Source: a virus
Lineage: Duplodnaviria > Caudoviricetes
Strand: one strand, 5' to 3'
DNA length: 25,522 nucleotides
IMG/VR virus record: IMGVR_UViG_3300044268_004572
Span: 1-25,522 of that record
Position numbers and translations under genes: made by a program. This document shows positions 1 to 8,771 of this stretch, piece after piece. Numbering within the stretch: the first letter of the stretch is position 1; each line of letters starts with the position of its first letter. The notes below the pieces were generated by a model. That model made no database searches. It worked only from the letters and a program-made list of their open reading frames with translations, and was not told the origin of the DNA.

Positions 1-737
1 AAATCTCCCTCATAAACGCTGACTGATAAGGTTATTTTCTTGCTCTCTGCGGGTTGAGTGACTTGATATGCAAATCCTGCTCCACCTGCTTGACGTGAAA
101 AATCACTGATTTCTCTTTTCAATTGCGGTCCGGCAATAAGAGTAAGCTGACCACCTGGCATTCCGTTGGCTTCGTAAAGTTCTTGAAGAACACTGTTGAA
201 GGTTGATTCAGTTTGAGTGCCTGTTGTGTCATTGGCTACATTTTGAGCAAACGCTGGAATGTCTGATGGTTGACCGCCTACTCCGAGGAACTTGAACATT
301 CCGCGAGTTTTGTAAGGTGCGCCTGCTCCGCTGTCAGCTTGACGATCTTGGGACGAGCAGAATGCGGCTTCCATGTCTCGTTTAATTTCTCTGACTGCTT
401 TACTTTCGGCGTTTGCGAACTCACTTGCGACACCAGCGGTATCCACGATTTCTTGTATATCCGAAACAGCGTAAGTTCTGCGGAACTTCTGCACATAATT
501 CCCGATACGCGCCCTATTTGCGGCTTTATTGTCGAAGCTTTGAACATCTTCACCTTCATTAACTCCGTCGAAGGTTGCGGTTGATAAGTCATCAACTTGG
601 ACTTCGAAGAAAGTTCCCGAAGCGGTGGCTTTGTTTGCCAATGAAGTCAATGGCGTTGACTCAGGTTCTAAGATCGTAAGAATATCTGTCAAATCCTCGC
701 GATTACCTGCTACGTTGTACGATGCGGCTTGTGGCAT
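1..737 (-). CDS. Major capsid protein (DUF5309/SU10-MCP-like), truncated by the window edge
   Basis: Not in the ORF track. ATG at 737 follows an AGGAG RBS. Manual translation MPQAASYNVAGNREDLTDILTILEPESTPLTSLA...RIGNYVQKFRRTYAVSD...KAVREIKRDMEAAF...TRGM...VYEGD is open to position 3. It lies directly downstream of the scaffold gene. Confidence 0.88.
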   Translation of the reverse strand, partial: MPQAASYNVAGNREDLTDILTILEPESTPLTSLANKATASGTFFEVQVDDLSTATFDGVNEGEDVQSFDNKAANRARIGNYVQKFRRTYAVSDIQEIVDTAGVASEFANAESKAVREIKRDMEAAFCSSQDRQADSGAGAPYKTRGMFKFLGVGGQPSDIPAFAQNVANDTTGTQTESTFNSVLQELYEANGMPGGQLTLIAGPQLKREISDFSRQAGGAGFAYQVTQPAESKKITLSVSVYEGD

Positions 738-769
738 TTTAGTTTATCTCCTTGATAATTTTTAGATTG

Positions 770-1861
770 TTATTTTGCGGTTGCCCGCTTGATTCGAATA
801 TAATTTTGATAATCCGCCATTGATCCCGATGCGTCGAATTTACGCTTCGCGGCATCAACCTCTTTGTTCTTTTTCGCCTGTGGAGTCTTCGGTCTGCTTG
901 AACCCGCTTCCACGCTCGCTACTGGAGCCTTGGGTTTGGGCTTGGGCTTACTTGCCTGCGCCTGTCTTGCCTGTACCGTTTTTAATCCTTCGACCATTAA
1001 TCCAAGAGCAAAATTGCTGTTCGGTAAATGATCGACCAATGGTTTATAAAGCGGTGAAGCTTTGACCTGCATGAACAATTTGTAGTCCTCGCTTTCGGGT
1101 TCCCCTAAAAACTGAAAGGTCTGCAATGCCTGTTGGTCGGACGCGGTTCGTTCCTTGATCCATGCCTGGCGGGCGGGTGCATCCTTGCGAAGAATCTTCT
1201 TTGCATTGTTGCGGATACGCTTGAGTTCCGTTTTGCCATACACTTTGTCTCCGTCCTTGACCAAGTACTCGTCACCATTGTCATCGTATTGCACCTCGTT
1301 ATCGAGTCCTTCTTCCGCCCATTCAATGAGCGTAGTTAGATTCTCGACTTCTTTGGTCAATCCGTTTTCGTCGGTGATGTTGTACAGGGCATTGTCCTTG
1401 AGGAATTGCGGTACTTCTGCGTTTACTGGTTGCTGGGCTTTTTCTTGAAGCTCGGCATTTTCTGCAAGTAAAGCATTTTTCTGCGCGGTTAGTACGCCAA
1501 ATCGTTTGATCGCAGATGCGTTCAGCGACTTTGCCAATTGGCGACTTTCCTCCTCGGACAGACTGTCCAAATCGATATTGAATTTGTTAAGAACATGTTG
1601 AGGTTGTGTCTGCTCTGAAGTTTCCTCCGTTGCTTCGATTTCCTCGGCGGGTTGTTCCTCAGAAACTTCCGTAGGCTCCGCAGGTTGGTCAGCGGGTTCG
1701 TCCGTTTCTAAAGATGATTCGGGTTCCGGCTCTTCGGTTTGTCTGCGTTTCAATAATTGATCCGCAAATTCTGCCATCGAGACGTTGCCGTCCTCTTGCG
1801 TTTGACTGTGCGCGGAATTTTGGGAGGATTCCGAGTTAACCTCTTCAGTAATTGTTTCCAT
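770..1861 (-). CDS. Capsid scaffold/assembly protein
   Basis: Acidic low-complexity N-terminus, coiled-coil middle and basic C-terminus, positioned between portal and MCP. Start placed at ATG 1861 (METITEE), because the ORF-track start at 1924 lies in the promoter/terminator region. Confidence 0.75.
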   Translation of the reverse strand: METITEEVNSESSQNSAHSQTQEDGNVSMAEFADQLLKRRQTEEPEPESSLETDEPADQPAEPTEVSEEQPAEEIEATEETSEQTQPQHVLNKFNIDLDSLSEEESRQLAKSLNASAIKRFGVLTAQKNALLAENAELQEKAQQPVNAEVPQFLKDNALYNITDENGLTKEVENLTTLIEWAEEGLDNEVQYDDNGDEYLVKDGDKVYGKTELKRIRNNAKKILRKDAPARQAWIKERTASDQQALQTFQFLGEPESEDYKLFMQVKASPLYKPLVDHLPNSNFALGLMVEGLKTVQARQAQASKPKPKPKAPVASVEAGSSRPKTPQAKKNKEVDAAKRKFDASGSMADYQNYIRIKRATAK

Positions 1862-1892
1862 CTCAGCAAGGCATTGTAGCCTAGTGTAGCAA

Positions 1893-1921
1893 AATATAGT
1901 GTTTTGTATTGACAAAGGCAA
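1893..1921 (-). promoter_or_regulatory. Sigma70-like promoter for scaffold-MCP
   Basis: TTGCCT-17 nt-TATATT on the minus strand, immediately downstream of a terminator. Confidence 0.55.
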
Positions 1922-1922
1922 C

Positions 1923-1959
1923 AAAAAAGCCCTTGCGGATACCCCAATTCCGCAAGGGC
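1923..1959 (-). terminator. Rho-independent terminator
   Basis: 11-bp stem GCCCTTGCGGA/TCCGCAAGGGC with a 9-nt loop, followed by T6 on the minus strand, after the ORF ending at 1988. Confidence 0.85.
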
Positions 1960-1987
1960 CAGCCTTACCCTAACTATGACTAGAAGT

Positions 1988-2215
1988 CTAAAGCTTGTGC
2001 AAAATATCAAGTTCTTCGTCGATTGCTTCAAGTTTACCCGACATCATAAAGTGTCTATTAGTGGACTCGATTACAGACTCGGTCTGCAACTGACGAATGG
2101 TTTCTTCACGCATACTTTCACGCATCTCAATATATTTCTTGAAGTGTGGATCGTTTTTTAAAAAACTTAGGGCTTGAATTGCTTCTTCGGGATTTACTTC
2201 GTGGTAGGTTTTCAT
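1988..2215 (-). CDS. Small helical head-module protein (75 aa)
   Basis: ATG 2215 overlaps the upstream stop (ATGA). MKTYHEVNPEEAIQAL...GKLEAIDEEL. Its position between portal and scaffold is typical of podovirus-like head modules. Confidence 0.7.
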   Translation of the reverse strand: MKTYHEVNPEEAIQALSFLKNDPHFKKYIEMRESMREETIRQLQTESVIESTNRHFMMSGKLEAIDEELDILHKL

Positions 2216-2421
2216 TTTTTCTTTCCTTTCCAACTTACTCGTTTCGGTCCCGTCTTTTTCCTTACCGCACTTTTTTTGCATTGCGCCATTGTCGGGCGAC
2301 AGGCGGGGTAGGGTCGCTTGCTCTTCTTGGCGGATTTACGACCGCATGGTTTGCCCGTCTTGCAGTCAACCCAACCACCACGCTTGAACCACTTGGTTAG
2401 TCCGCCACTCTTCTTAGCCAT
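2212..2421 (-). CDS. Small basic Cys-containing protein (69 aa, DUF5872-like)
   Basis: MAKKSGGLTKWFKRGGWVDCKTGKPCGR...YPACRP. TAATG coupling to the upstream ORF. Confidence 0.7.
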   Translation of the reverse strand: MAKKSGGLTKWFKRGGWVDCKTGKPCGRKSAKKSKRPYPACRPTMAQCKKSAVRKKTGPKRVSWKGKKK

Positions 2422-2576
2422 TACTTCTTGGAAGTCTTGTACTTCCCTCCTCGGCGCTTGTACTCTTTTGTCAACCAGCCGGATGCATACGCACTGGGCC
2501 ACACCTTGTACTTCCTCTTAGCCTCTGCTTTGACGCGGGAATAAAGTGCTTTGTTAGTCGGTACGTTTTTGCTCAT
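2421..2576 (-). CDS. Small basic protein (51 aa, DUF5872-like)
   Basis: Manual translation MSKNVPTNKALYSRVKAEAKRKYKVWPSAYASGWLTKEYKRRGGKYKTSKK, containing the PSAYAS..L.KEYKxxGG motif. Not in the ORF track. Confidence 0.72.
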   Translation of the reverse strand: MSKNVPTNKALYSRVKAEAKRKYKVWPSAYASGWLTKEYKRRGGKYKTSKK

Positions 2577-2709
2577 CCTTTATCTTTTGTTTCAGTTCTT
2601 TTATGTCCTGCTGTATCTTTGCGCGGCGCTCAGTATGAAAAGAAATTCTGTAAGTACACATGCGACTGTCTTCTCGTAGCATCGAGATTCGTGCTTCCAT
2701 CTCTTCCAT
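2554..2709 (-). CDS. Small coiled-coil hypothetical protein (51 aa)
   Basis: Manual translation MEEMEARISMLREDSRMCTYRISFHTERRAKIQQDIKELKQKIKDEQKRTD. It fills the gap in the operon. Confidence 0.55.
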   Translation of the reverse strand: MEEMEARISMLREDSRMCTYRISFHTERRAKIQQDIKELKQKIKDEQKRTD

Positions 2710-2717
2710 AATTGCCT

Positions 2718-2828
2718 TTATTTTTTCTTCCTCCGCCTACGTAAGGCCACAAAGTCGGACTTCGTGATTCTATTGCGGGGCTTTGCCGCCCCTGCAATTT
2801 TCTTCTGCTTTGCTGATAGTTTTTTCAT
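2718..2828 (-). CDS. Very basic peptide (36 aa)
   Basis: MKKLSAKQKKIAGAAKPRNRITKSDFVALRRRRKKK. TAATG coupling with the upstream ORF at 2828. Confidence 0.6.
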   Translation of the reverse strand: MKKLSAKQKKIAGAAKPRNRITKSDFVALRRRRKKK

Positions 2829-3082
2829 TAGCAATTCCATGCGCGTCTACTCCAATAGTTTGCGCTGAGTTTTGAGTTTTTTCCTTTAATACCGCCCGAT
2901 CTTGCACAATAGCTTTTTTTACGAGCGGGTATGTTTTTTTTAATTGATAAATTTGCGTCTCCAAAACGGATAATTTTTTGTTTACCACCTTCTGAAGCCC
3001 GAACGACAAACTTTTTCTTTTTATAACCAGGTTCACCCTTGCGGATTCTTCTTGGTTTATTTACTGCTTTCGGGGCTGTCAT
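2828..3082 (-). CDS. Conserved small basic viral protein (84 aa)
   Basis: MTAPKAVNKP...KIIRFGD...PARKKSYCAR...KLSANYWSRRAWNC. This motif pattern is familiar from aquatic phage proteins. Confidence 0.7.
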   Translation of the reverse strand: MTAPKAVNKPRRIRKGEPGYKKKKFVVRASEGGKQKIIRFGDANLSIKKNIPARKKSYCARSGGIKGKNSKLSANYWSRRAWNC

Positions 3083-3734
3083 CGGAATACAAGTTATCAA
3101 ATGTTGTACGCCAGTCAGTGTAACTGTCATGCTTTTCCGCAGAGTGTAAATATTGACTTGGTACGAAGTCAGGCGCTCCCTCTCCAACCAGCCACAAGGC
3201 GGGGTTCGTTACACGAACACGATTATTCGGAAGAGCTATGATTTGTCCCTTCCACGGACCCTCGGTCAATTCAAGGATGTGACTTTGCTTGTGTTGAGCG
3301 GGATCGTCGGCAATCGAGTTGCCTGTAAAATCAACCGTGAAGTAATAAATTGCCTTGTAGAACTTTCCGTCAATCTTTGCAATCCACGGGCTTGAACTTA
3401 CGCGGTCGAGCTTGGTGACTGCAATGTCGCGGGACGGACAGTCCCAAGGCTGTGCGATGTGGGTGGGACATTTCTCGGGCCATTCTTCGTATGGTACGTC
3501 TGCAATTAAAGCGGTGATTGGCATTCTCGCCCACATCGCCCCACCGTGAGGGTTTGGATCACTCTCGTCACACCCGGTGAATACGACTTGAAAGGACAGG
3601 CATCGGTCAGGAATCGCGCAGACCGCAATTACCAAAGCATGTATATATTCTCCTTCGTACTTCATGTGATTGTGAGTAAACTCTTTGCGAACCCAGCACT
3701 TGAACTGGGGGATGTTGGCGAGTAGGTACGACAT
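3057..3734 (-). CDS. Conserved hypothetical phage protein (225 aa)
   Basis: Long ORF with motifs ANIP..CWVRKE, GAMWARMPI, QPWDC, HKQSH and PNNR, familiar from marine phage proteins. Function unknown. Confidence 0.8.
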   Translation of the reverse strand: MSYLLANIPQFKCWVRKEFTHNHMKYEGEYIHALVIAVCAIPDRCLSFQVVFTGCDESDPNPHGGAMWARMPITALIADVPYEEWPEKCPTHIAQPWDCPSRDIAVTKLDRVSSSPWIAKIDGKFYKAIYYFTVDFTGNSIADDPAQHKQSHILELTEGPWKGQIIALPNNRVRVTNPALWLVGEGAPDFVPSQYLHSAEKHDSYTDWRTTFDNLYSDDSPESSK

Positions 3735-3794
3735 TTAGCGGCGTTTTTTACGTCCGCCTTTGCTCATGTACTTGGATTTTTTATGTCCTGGCAT
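3735..3794 (-). CDS. Micro-peptide (19 aa), protamine-like composition
   Basis: MPGHKKSKYMSKGGRKKRR, with a strong AAGGAG RBS. Its stop abuts the next ATG at 3734. Confidence 0.55.
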   Translation of the reverse strand: MPGHKKSKYMSKGGRKKRR

Positions 3795-3851
3795 TGGGTT
3801 CTCCTTTTGTTAGTGGTCGATAGACCGTTTGTCCGATCTTAATAATTTTCT

Positions 3852-5924
3852 TCATGCGGCGGATGCGGTTTGTCCAAATTGAGTGGGCATTGCGCCGAGT
3901 CTGCCAATCTGAGCATTTTGCTGTTGCTGAATCTGCATGGAACGCTGACTCATGTAATTTTGAATACGCTCCTGCAAGGCGGGGTCTTGCTGTGCTTTTT
4001 GCTGAACGTCGGGTTGCGACAACCACTGTTGAAATACCTGCATTTTCAATTCATGAGCATCCTGCGGTTTGACGTTGGGCGGTACTCCCGCAACCAGTTC
4101 CGCAATTGTTTGACGTTCTTCATTGACCGCGTTCTGTGAAGCGGTTTCCTTGGGCAACAGAACTTTCTCGGATGCGCCGGGCAAGACCTGTCCGATTGCC
4201 AACTGAAGCAACCGCTCCGTGTCCAATGTTCCGTTCTTGTCGAGCAGTCCGCCAAGTTCGCCAATCGTCTTCACACGCTCAAGCATTTGATTCGGGTCTT
4301 GAGTTGCCGCATCAAACTGCAAATAAAAATCAAATCTTTCATTGGGCGAACCTTTCATAAACTTCTGCATGTCGTTCATTCCCGTGACGCGGAAAAATTC
4401 GGCATCGGGTCCGTACTGCTGGTAAAGCGTGTAGACTTGGTCGATTACTCCACGAAGATGATGAAACACTTTGTCGATGTTTCTTTGTTGTTTCATTTGG
4501 GCTTCAATCGGATCGACACCGGGCGCATTTCTTCCAATCAATCGATCAAATCCCTCCTTCACGTATTGACGCACCGATATGGAACCACCGTCGAATCGGG
4601 GAACGTCGGCAAATCTGTACTCCCCCAGCGTGCGGTACGGAACACGCACACCTGGCCCCCACTTCGATGGACTCCGACCGTACGGTACCAAGAGTGGTGG
4701 TAATGTCGAAATGCTTTGACGATCGATGGATGCATCCTCTTCAATCTTCAAAATGTTTTGCGGTCCCTCTCCAAGCTCCGCAACTGAGCGGGAGTGGTAG
4801 AGGCGCTTACTGGTCTTTTCGTAAGTCGTGACCACGAACGGATACTTTCCATGTCCGTAATCAAGGAGTTGATGCTTGGCGAATACGTCGGGTACGTTTT
4901 CGCAGAAGATCGTACAGAATATACCGGGCACGTCGTCTTCATCGAGCAAGCGTTGGTAGCAATAAATAACCCGAATGGTTTCGTCGTCATTTCTTATGAC
5001 TTCGTCCTGCAAGCGTAAATTGTTAATCTGCGTGTCCGTATCCCCGCGTTGAGCAAGCTCGATTGCTTTGTCCACAAACTCCTCATCCCATCCCTCCGTG
5101 TTTATTTTGGAGCGTAATTGTTCGGGTGTCATGTTAAGAACGTGAAATACGTAGGGTGCTTCCTGCGGATCAATGGTGTAGGATGGCCAAAACACATCCT
5201 CGTCGGGCGCAAGCGCCTTGATTCTCGGCTGGTTGATCACGCGACGGGTCACGGGAATGGTGGTTTCTCCATCTGAACGCATCTCTCTAAGCATACCACG
5301 GGCTTTTGCCTTGGATACTTTGAACTGATCCTTGAGGGCGGAGGATAATTCCTCGTCCATACTGCCGTCCTGTATTGCCTGTGCAATCTGTGGAAGGACT
5401 TGCGCAATCTGATCGAGTTGAATGGATTGTTGCTGTTTTAAATCCTGCGACTCCCAATAACAGTAGTGAACCATCATTCCCTTCTCGTACAAATGATTCA
5501 ATCCGAGTTCGACCTGGTCGTAAAATTCGTCCATTCTTGAATTAATCAACCAGCGAATAAAATTACTGATTACATTCGAGCGTTCAATATCATCGGATTC
5601 AATCGGATTGGCCACAATCTGCGCCCTTCTGATTGAATTAAGCGACTGCGCAACCATCGTGTTGATTGCTTCATGTACGAGTTGACAATTCTGATCGGAA
5701 GCGCCTTCCCAAGGAAACACCTCGCCCGTGGCGCTCAAATTGGAATGCTTCTTAAAATCATCCGACTTTCCATTCCATAAACAGTTGCGGGTGTCGTAAT
5801 CCCTTTGTCTGCGGTCTATCCATTCACCCAAATCACTCTGCGTCCGGCGGTAAGTTTCCTGCAAATATCCAATATCGGGTTCCTTGGAAACGTATAAAAG
5901 TTCGGGATCGGCATTACTTTGCAT
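3852..5924 (-). CDS. Portal protein
   Basis: About 690 aa, directly downstream of TerL, with a Gln-rich helical C-terminal barrel and a YPFV motif. Start placed at ATG 5924. Confidence 0.85.
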   Translation of the reverse strand: MQSNADPELLYVSKEPDIGYLQETYRRTQSDLGEWIDRRQRDYDTRNCLWNGKSDDFKKHSNLSATGEVFPWEGASDQNCQLVHEAINTMVAQSLNSIRRAQIVANPIESDDIERSNVISNFIRWLINSRMDEFYDQVELGLNHLYEKGMMVHYCYWESQDLKQQQSIQLDQIAQVLPQIAQAIQDGSMDEELSSALKDQFKVSKAKARGMLREMRSDGETTIPVTRRVINQPRIKALAPDEDVFWPSYTIDPQEAPYVFHVLNMTPEQLRSKINTEGWDEEFVDKAIELAQRGDTDTQINNLRLQDEVIRNDDETIRVIYCYQRLLDEDDVPGIFCTIFCENVPDVFAKHQLLDYGHGKYPFVVTTYEKTSKRLYHSRSVAELGEGPQNILKIEEDASIDRQSISTLPPLLVPYGRSPSKWGPGVRVPYRTLGEYRFADVPRFDGGSISVRQYVKEGFDRLIGRNAPGVDPIEAQMKQQRNIDKVFHHLRGVIDQVYTLYQQYGPDAEFFRVTGMNDMQKFMKGSPNERFDFYLQFDAATQDPNQMLERVKTIGELGGLLDKNGTLDTERLLQLAIGQVLPGASEKVLLPKETASQNAVNEERQTIAELVAGVPPNVKPQDAHELKMQVFQQWLSQPDVQQKAQQDPALQERIQNYMSQRSMQIQQQQNAQIGRLGAMPTQFGQTASAA

Positions 5925-5936
5925 ACTTAGTATCAA

Positions 5937-5965
5937 TTTATAGTCGTTTGTAGTTGACTAGTCAA
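5937..5965 (-). promoter_or_regulatory. Sigma70-like promoter for the portal operon
   Basis: TTGACT-17 nt-TATAAA on the minus strand. The -35 box lies within the palindrome TTGACTAGTCAA (5954-5965). Confidence 0.7.
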
Positions 5966-6004
5966 ATGGAATTCGTTCAATATTATTAGGTCATATTATA
6001 GTTC

Positions 6005-6051
6005 AACCTCCTGCGGGTTTTTTTTGATCGAAGTTTTCCCCGCAGGAGGTT
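6005..6051. terminator. Hairpin after terL (terminator or RNA-processing/stability stem)
   Basis: Perfect 13-bp inverted repeat AACCTCCTGCGGG/CCCGCAGGAGGTT with a 21-nt loop, immediately after the terL stop. Confidence 0.55.
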
Positions 6052-6052
6052 T

Positions 6053-7729
6053 TCAATAGCCGCCTCCGCCCGTGACCATCATGCTTTCATTGGTTATATG
6101 ATCCGCGCCACTGACCATGAGGTATCGAATACAGTCGATTTGATCACTAAAATGATCAGCGCGTGACTGACCCGTGTACTCCATCATCGAAGTGATCGTA
6201 TTCTCGCATCTGTCGGAAATATAAAGTTTCGGTTTATTCTCGTCGCTCATCGGCTCGGTGTCATTCCACGATAACGCATCATTGATCTTTGCAATCCCCG
6301 TCTCGATTTCCACGCCCGGTGCGGGACGCATAACAACGCCCAAGTTTGCCATAGTCGTAATTATGTTACTTTCCCCCTCTTTTTCCCTGACCGTTGCCGC
6401 GCCCATTCTAGGGTCAACAATACGCTCAAATATTTCCTCATCCTGTTCCATATCCTCGAAATGTTCCTTGTATTGATTGTACCCCCAACCGAGTGGTCTT
6501 TGGGCGGGACCAGGCTTGCCCACGCTCTTCCCTACCCCGTTGATATGTGGTAATGCCCATTGACCCATCGTGGTGTCGGGGAACTCGCGGTAGATGTAAA
6601 TACTTCCATCCCGCATGACTCCCGCCCATATGCACACCCACGGTTTCGAGCCGCCGGGATCAACCACCATATATCGTGTGACTGCCCGTGTGTCATCCTG
6701 TATGAATGGAATTTTTTCATGCGGAACAACATTTGTTTCCCTGTTGAATTTTGGGAACCTGCCCTCCACGGCTTTGCTCGGAATGCCGTATAATCGGGCA
6801 AGCTTGACCTCCAGTGGTTGCTTTGAGTATGTGCGGATTAATTCATCACCATCTATAAACGGGGAATCCTGTGTCCAAAAATAATAAATTCGGCAATCGG
6901 GCCAGTTTGCAGAGACTTGTTCAATTGGTAATTCACGGTCTAATAATTTACTGTATTTTTTCTTAACTGTATGTGCGCCTTTGAGTAAACTATTAACCAA
7001 TGGGGTAAATCCCTGTAGAGTGGTAAATGACAAAATCAATCGTCCGTGATAATCAACGGTTCGACCAAGAAGTGTTTCAAAAATATTATTGGGAACTTCC
7101 TCCTCAAGATGTATGCAATGTGCCGACCAACCCTCAAATATCTGCGGGTCCGCCATGTACTGGCGATAATTATTGAAATAAATCGTCGATCCACGCTCCG
7201 CATTCGGGTCAAGTGGTGGAAGAATTGCCTTGGCTGAATTAAATCCGTTCTTCTGATTGTATTGCAAACTATGATTAGCACCCTTCTTTTTTGACCGCTT
7301 GTATCTCATTGGAAGTGCTGACCACACCATTTTCTGAGCGTCTTGAATACTGCGCTCCTCTGTCACGTGCATACTGCGAATCTCCGCTTCGGGAATCTGT
7401 TGGGCTAAATGTACGAGCATTCGGGTTGAAAAATAACTCTTAGCCGCACGATTTCCGCCCAATATCACATGTATTTTATCCTTATTGAATCGATCCATTA
7501 CCCGTCTCCACCCCGGTAGTGTCCATCCCCATTCAATCGGGTCTTCTTTTTCGCTTTGTGGTTGGTCAATCATTAAACGACTCAACATCTCCGCCCGTTC
7601 CTGCGGCAATGCGTCGATTTCCTCCTCGCTCAAGGCACAGGCAAGCTCGCCCTTGACATACTTTAAATCATCCGTCCAAGGGATGCCAAAGTGGGCATCC
7701 ACCTCATCTGCGTAGGTTATCTTAGGCAT
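6053..7729 (-). CDS. terL: Terminase large subunit
   Basis: Walker A-like GGNRAAKS, Walker B-like IHLEEE, coupling motif FTT, RNase H-like VVDPG and IVDPR, and C-terminal DQIDCIRY. Located upstream of the portal. Confidence 0.9.
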   Translation of the reverse strand: MPKITYADEVDAHFGIPWTDDLKYVKGELACALSEEEIDALPQERAEMLSRLMIDQPQSEKEDPIEWGWTLPGWRRVMDRFNKDKIHVILGGNRAAKSYFSTRMLVHLAQQIPEAEIRSMHVTEERSIQDAQKMVWSALPMRYKRSKKKGANHSLQYNQKNGFNSAKAILPPLDPNAERGSTIYFNNYRQYMADPQIFEGWSAHCIHLEEEVPNNIFETLLGRTVDYHGRLILSFTTLQGFTPLVNSLLKGAHTVKKKYSKLLDRELPIEQVSANWPDCRIYYFWTQDSPFIDGDELIRTYSKQPLEVKLARLYGIPSKAVEGRFPKFNRETNVVPHEKIPFIQDDTRAVTRYMVVDPGGSKPWVCIWAGVMRDGSIYIYREFPDTTMGQWALPHINGVGKSVGKPGPAQRPLGWGYNQYKEHFEDMEQDEEIFERIVDPRMGAATVREKEGESNIITTMANLGVVMRPAPGVEIETGIAKINDALSWNDTEPMSDENKPKLYISDRCENTITSMMEYTGQSRADHFSDQIDCIRYLMVSGADHITNESMMVTGGGGY

Positions 7730-8358
7730 AATTGCATTTGATTAGGTAATAACTCTTCTCCTGCTTGGACTCGAAAATAACGATGAAGAGTATCTGTCAT
7801 CTTTGGACCCCGAAACCATCCAGTACCATCACATGACTCCACACCAATCTCTTGGCATCGTAATAAATTCTTAAAAGTATTGATTGCTCCGACATGGACG
7901 CGATCAAATGATTCAGTCCACATTGTGAGATTCCGAAGTTTCCACTCCATAGTCCCTCCAACAAATACAACAGATGCTTCACTAGGCACATCGTCTGGAG
8001 TCATTCCGTCCTGTACGCAAAAAGACCAATCTAGGTTGTATGATTGTTTTAAAATAGGATACCATTTATCCCACATTCTTTTCGTCTCATCTGCATCTCC
8101 TACCTCATCGGGTACATTGACAAAGCGAGGCTTTAGAATCGTTTCGTTGTAGTAATCCAAAAGCTTTAAGAAGGCGTGTTCACACCAATCCTTACCGCTT
8201 GACCAAACTGCAAATTTGCCATTATCCACCGCATATGGAATCCAAGGAACTGGTTCACGGACTGAACCTTCAGGTGTAAATAACCAACCAACAGGATAAC
8301 CCTGCCCCGCCCAATAATGGACAATGCCTTTTGCATTATTAGAAGGCATTACAATCAT
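7717..8358 (-). CDS. Minimal TGT/DpdA-like TIM-barrel protein (putative base-exchange transglycosylase)
   Basis: Ordered motifs VDNGKF (compare TGT DSGGF), VPDEVGD, VQDG, FVGG, VHVGA and SCDGTGW match the TGT-fold motif order. Adjacent to a QueD-like gene. Confidence 0.65.
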   Translation of the reverse strand: MIVMPSNNAKGIVHYWAGQGYPVGWLFTPEGSVREPVPWIPYAVDNGKFAVWSSGKDWCEHAFLKLLDYYNETILKPRFVNVPDEVGDADETKRMWDKWYPILKQSYNLDWSFCVQDGMTPDDVPSEASVVFVGGTMEWKLRNLTMWTESFDRVHVGAINTFKNLLRCQEIGVESCDGTGWFRGPKMTDTLHRYFRVQAGEELLPNQMQLCLR

Positions 8359-8771
8359 TTGGTTATACCTGGGTCAAATTCGGGGAATTTCAAATTATCA
8401 AGTGCTTTTTCTACAGTAGGAAATATAAAACTCGCATGGAAGCGAATCCAAGGACTGAAGCTATTTGTCACCACAATAATTTGCTTCTGCAACGACCAGG
8501 CAAACATTATTTCCATTGCGGTTCCGTAACTTGGAAAGTCGCATTTTGCCAAGATAGTATCGCAAGTCATAATATCACTTTTGTCTTTTTGAACTATTGT
8601 TTCGGGAATATATTTTTGAGTTTCTTGCCCTCGATAATCAGCATCAGTTGGTTTGATGCACATGATGTTTTTAGTCATCAATATCTTGTGGGCGGCTTTT
8701 CTCCAACGAATACAAGTGTCATCTTGCTCGTAAATTGGTCCTGCTAAGTAGACTAACCTTGCTTCTATCAT
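8355..8771 (-). CDS. Nucleoside 2-deoxyribosyltransferase / nucleotide N-hydrolase family protein
   Basis: VYLAGPI, D..DI..CD and SYGTAME (catalytic Glu). ATGA overlaps at both ends. Confidence 0.85.
   Translation of the reverse strand: MIEARLVYLAGPIYEQDDTCIRWRKAAHKILMTKNIMCIKPTDADYRGQETQKYIPETIVQKDKSDIMTCDTILAKCDFPSYGTAMEIMFAWSLQKQIIVVTNSFSPWIRFHASFIFPTVEKALDNLKFPEFDPGITK

Noticed and set aside
270-595. ORF-track ORFs 270..584 (+) and 278..595 (-)
   Set aside because: They are shadows of the real MCP frame (737 to the window edge), which has an RBS and capsid motifs.
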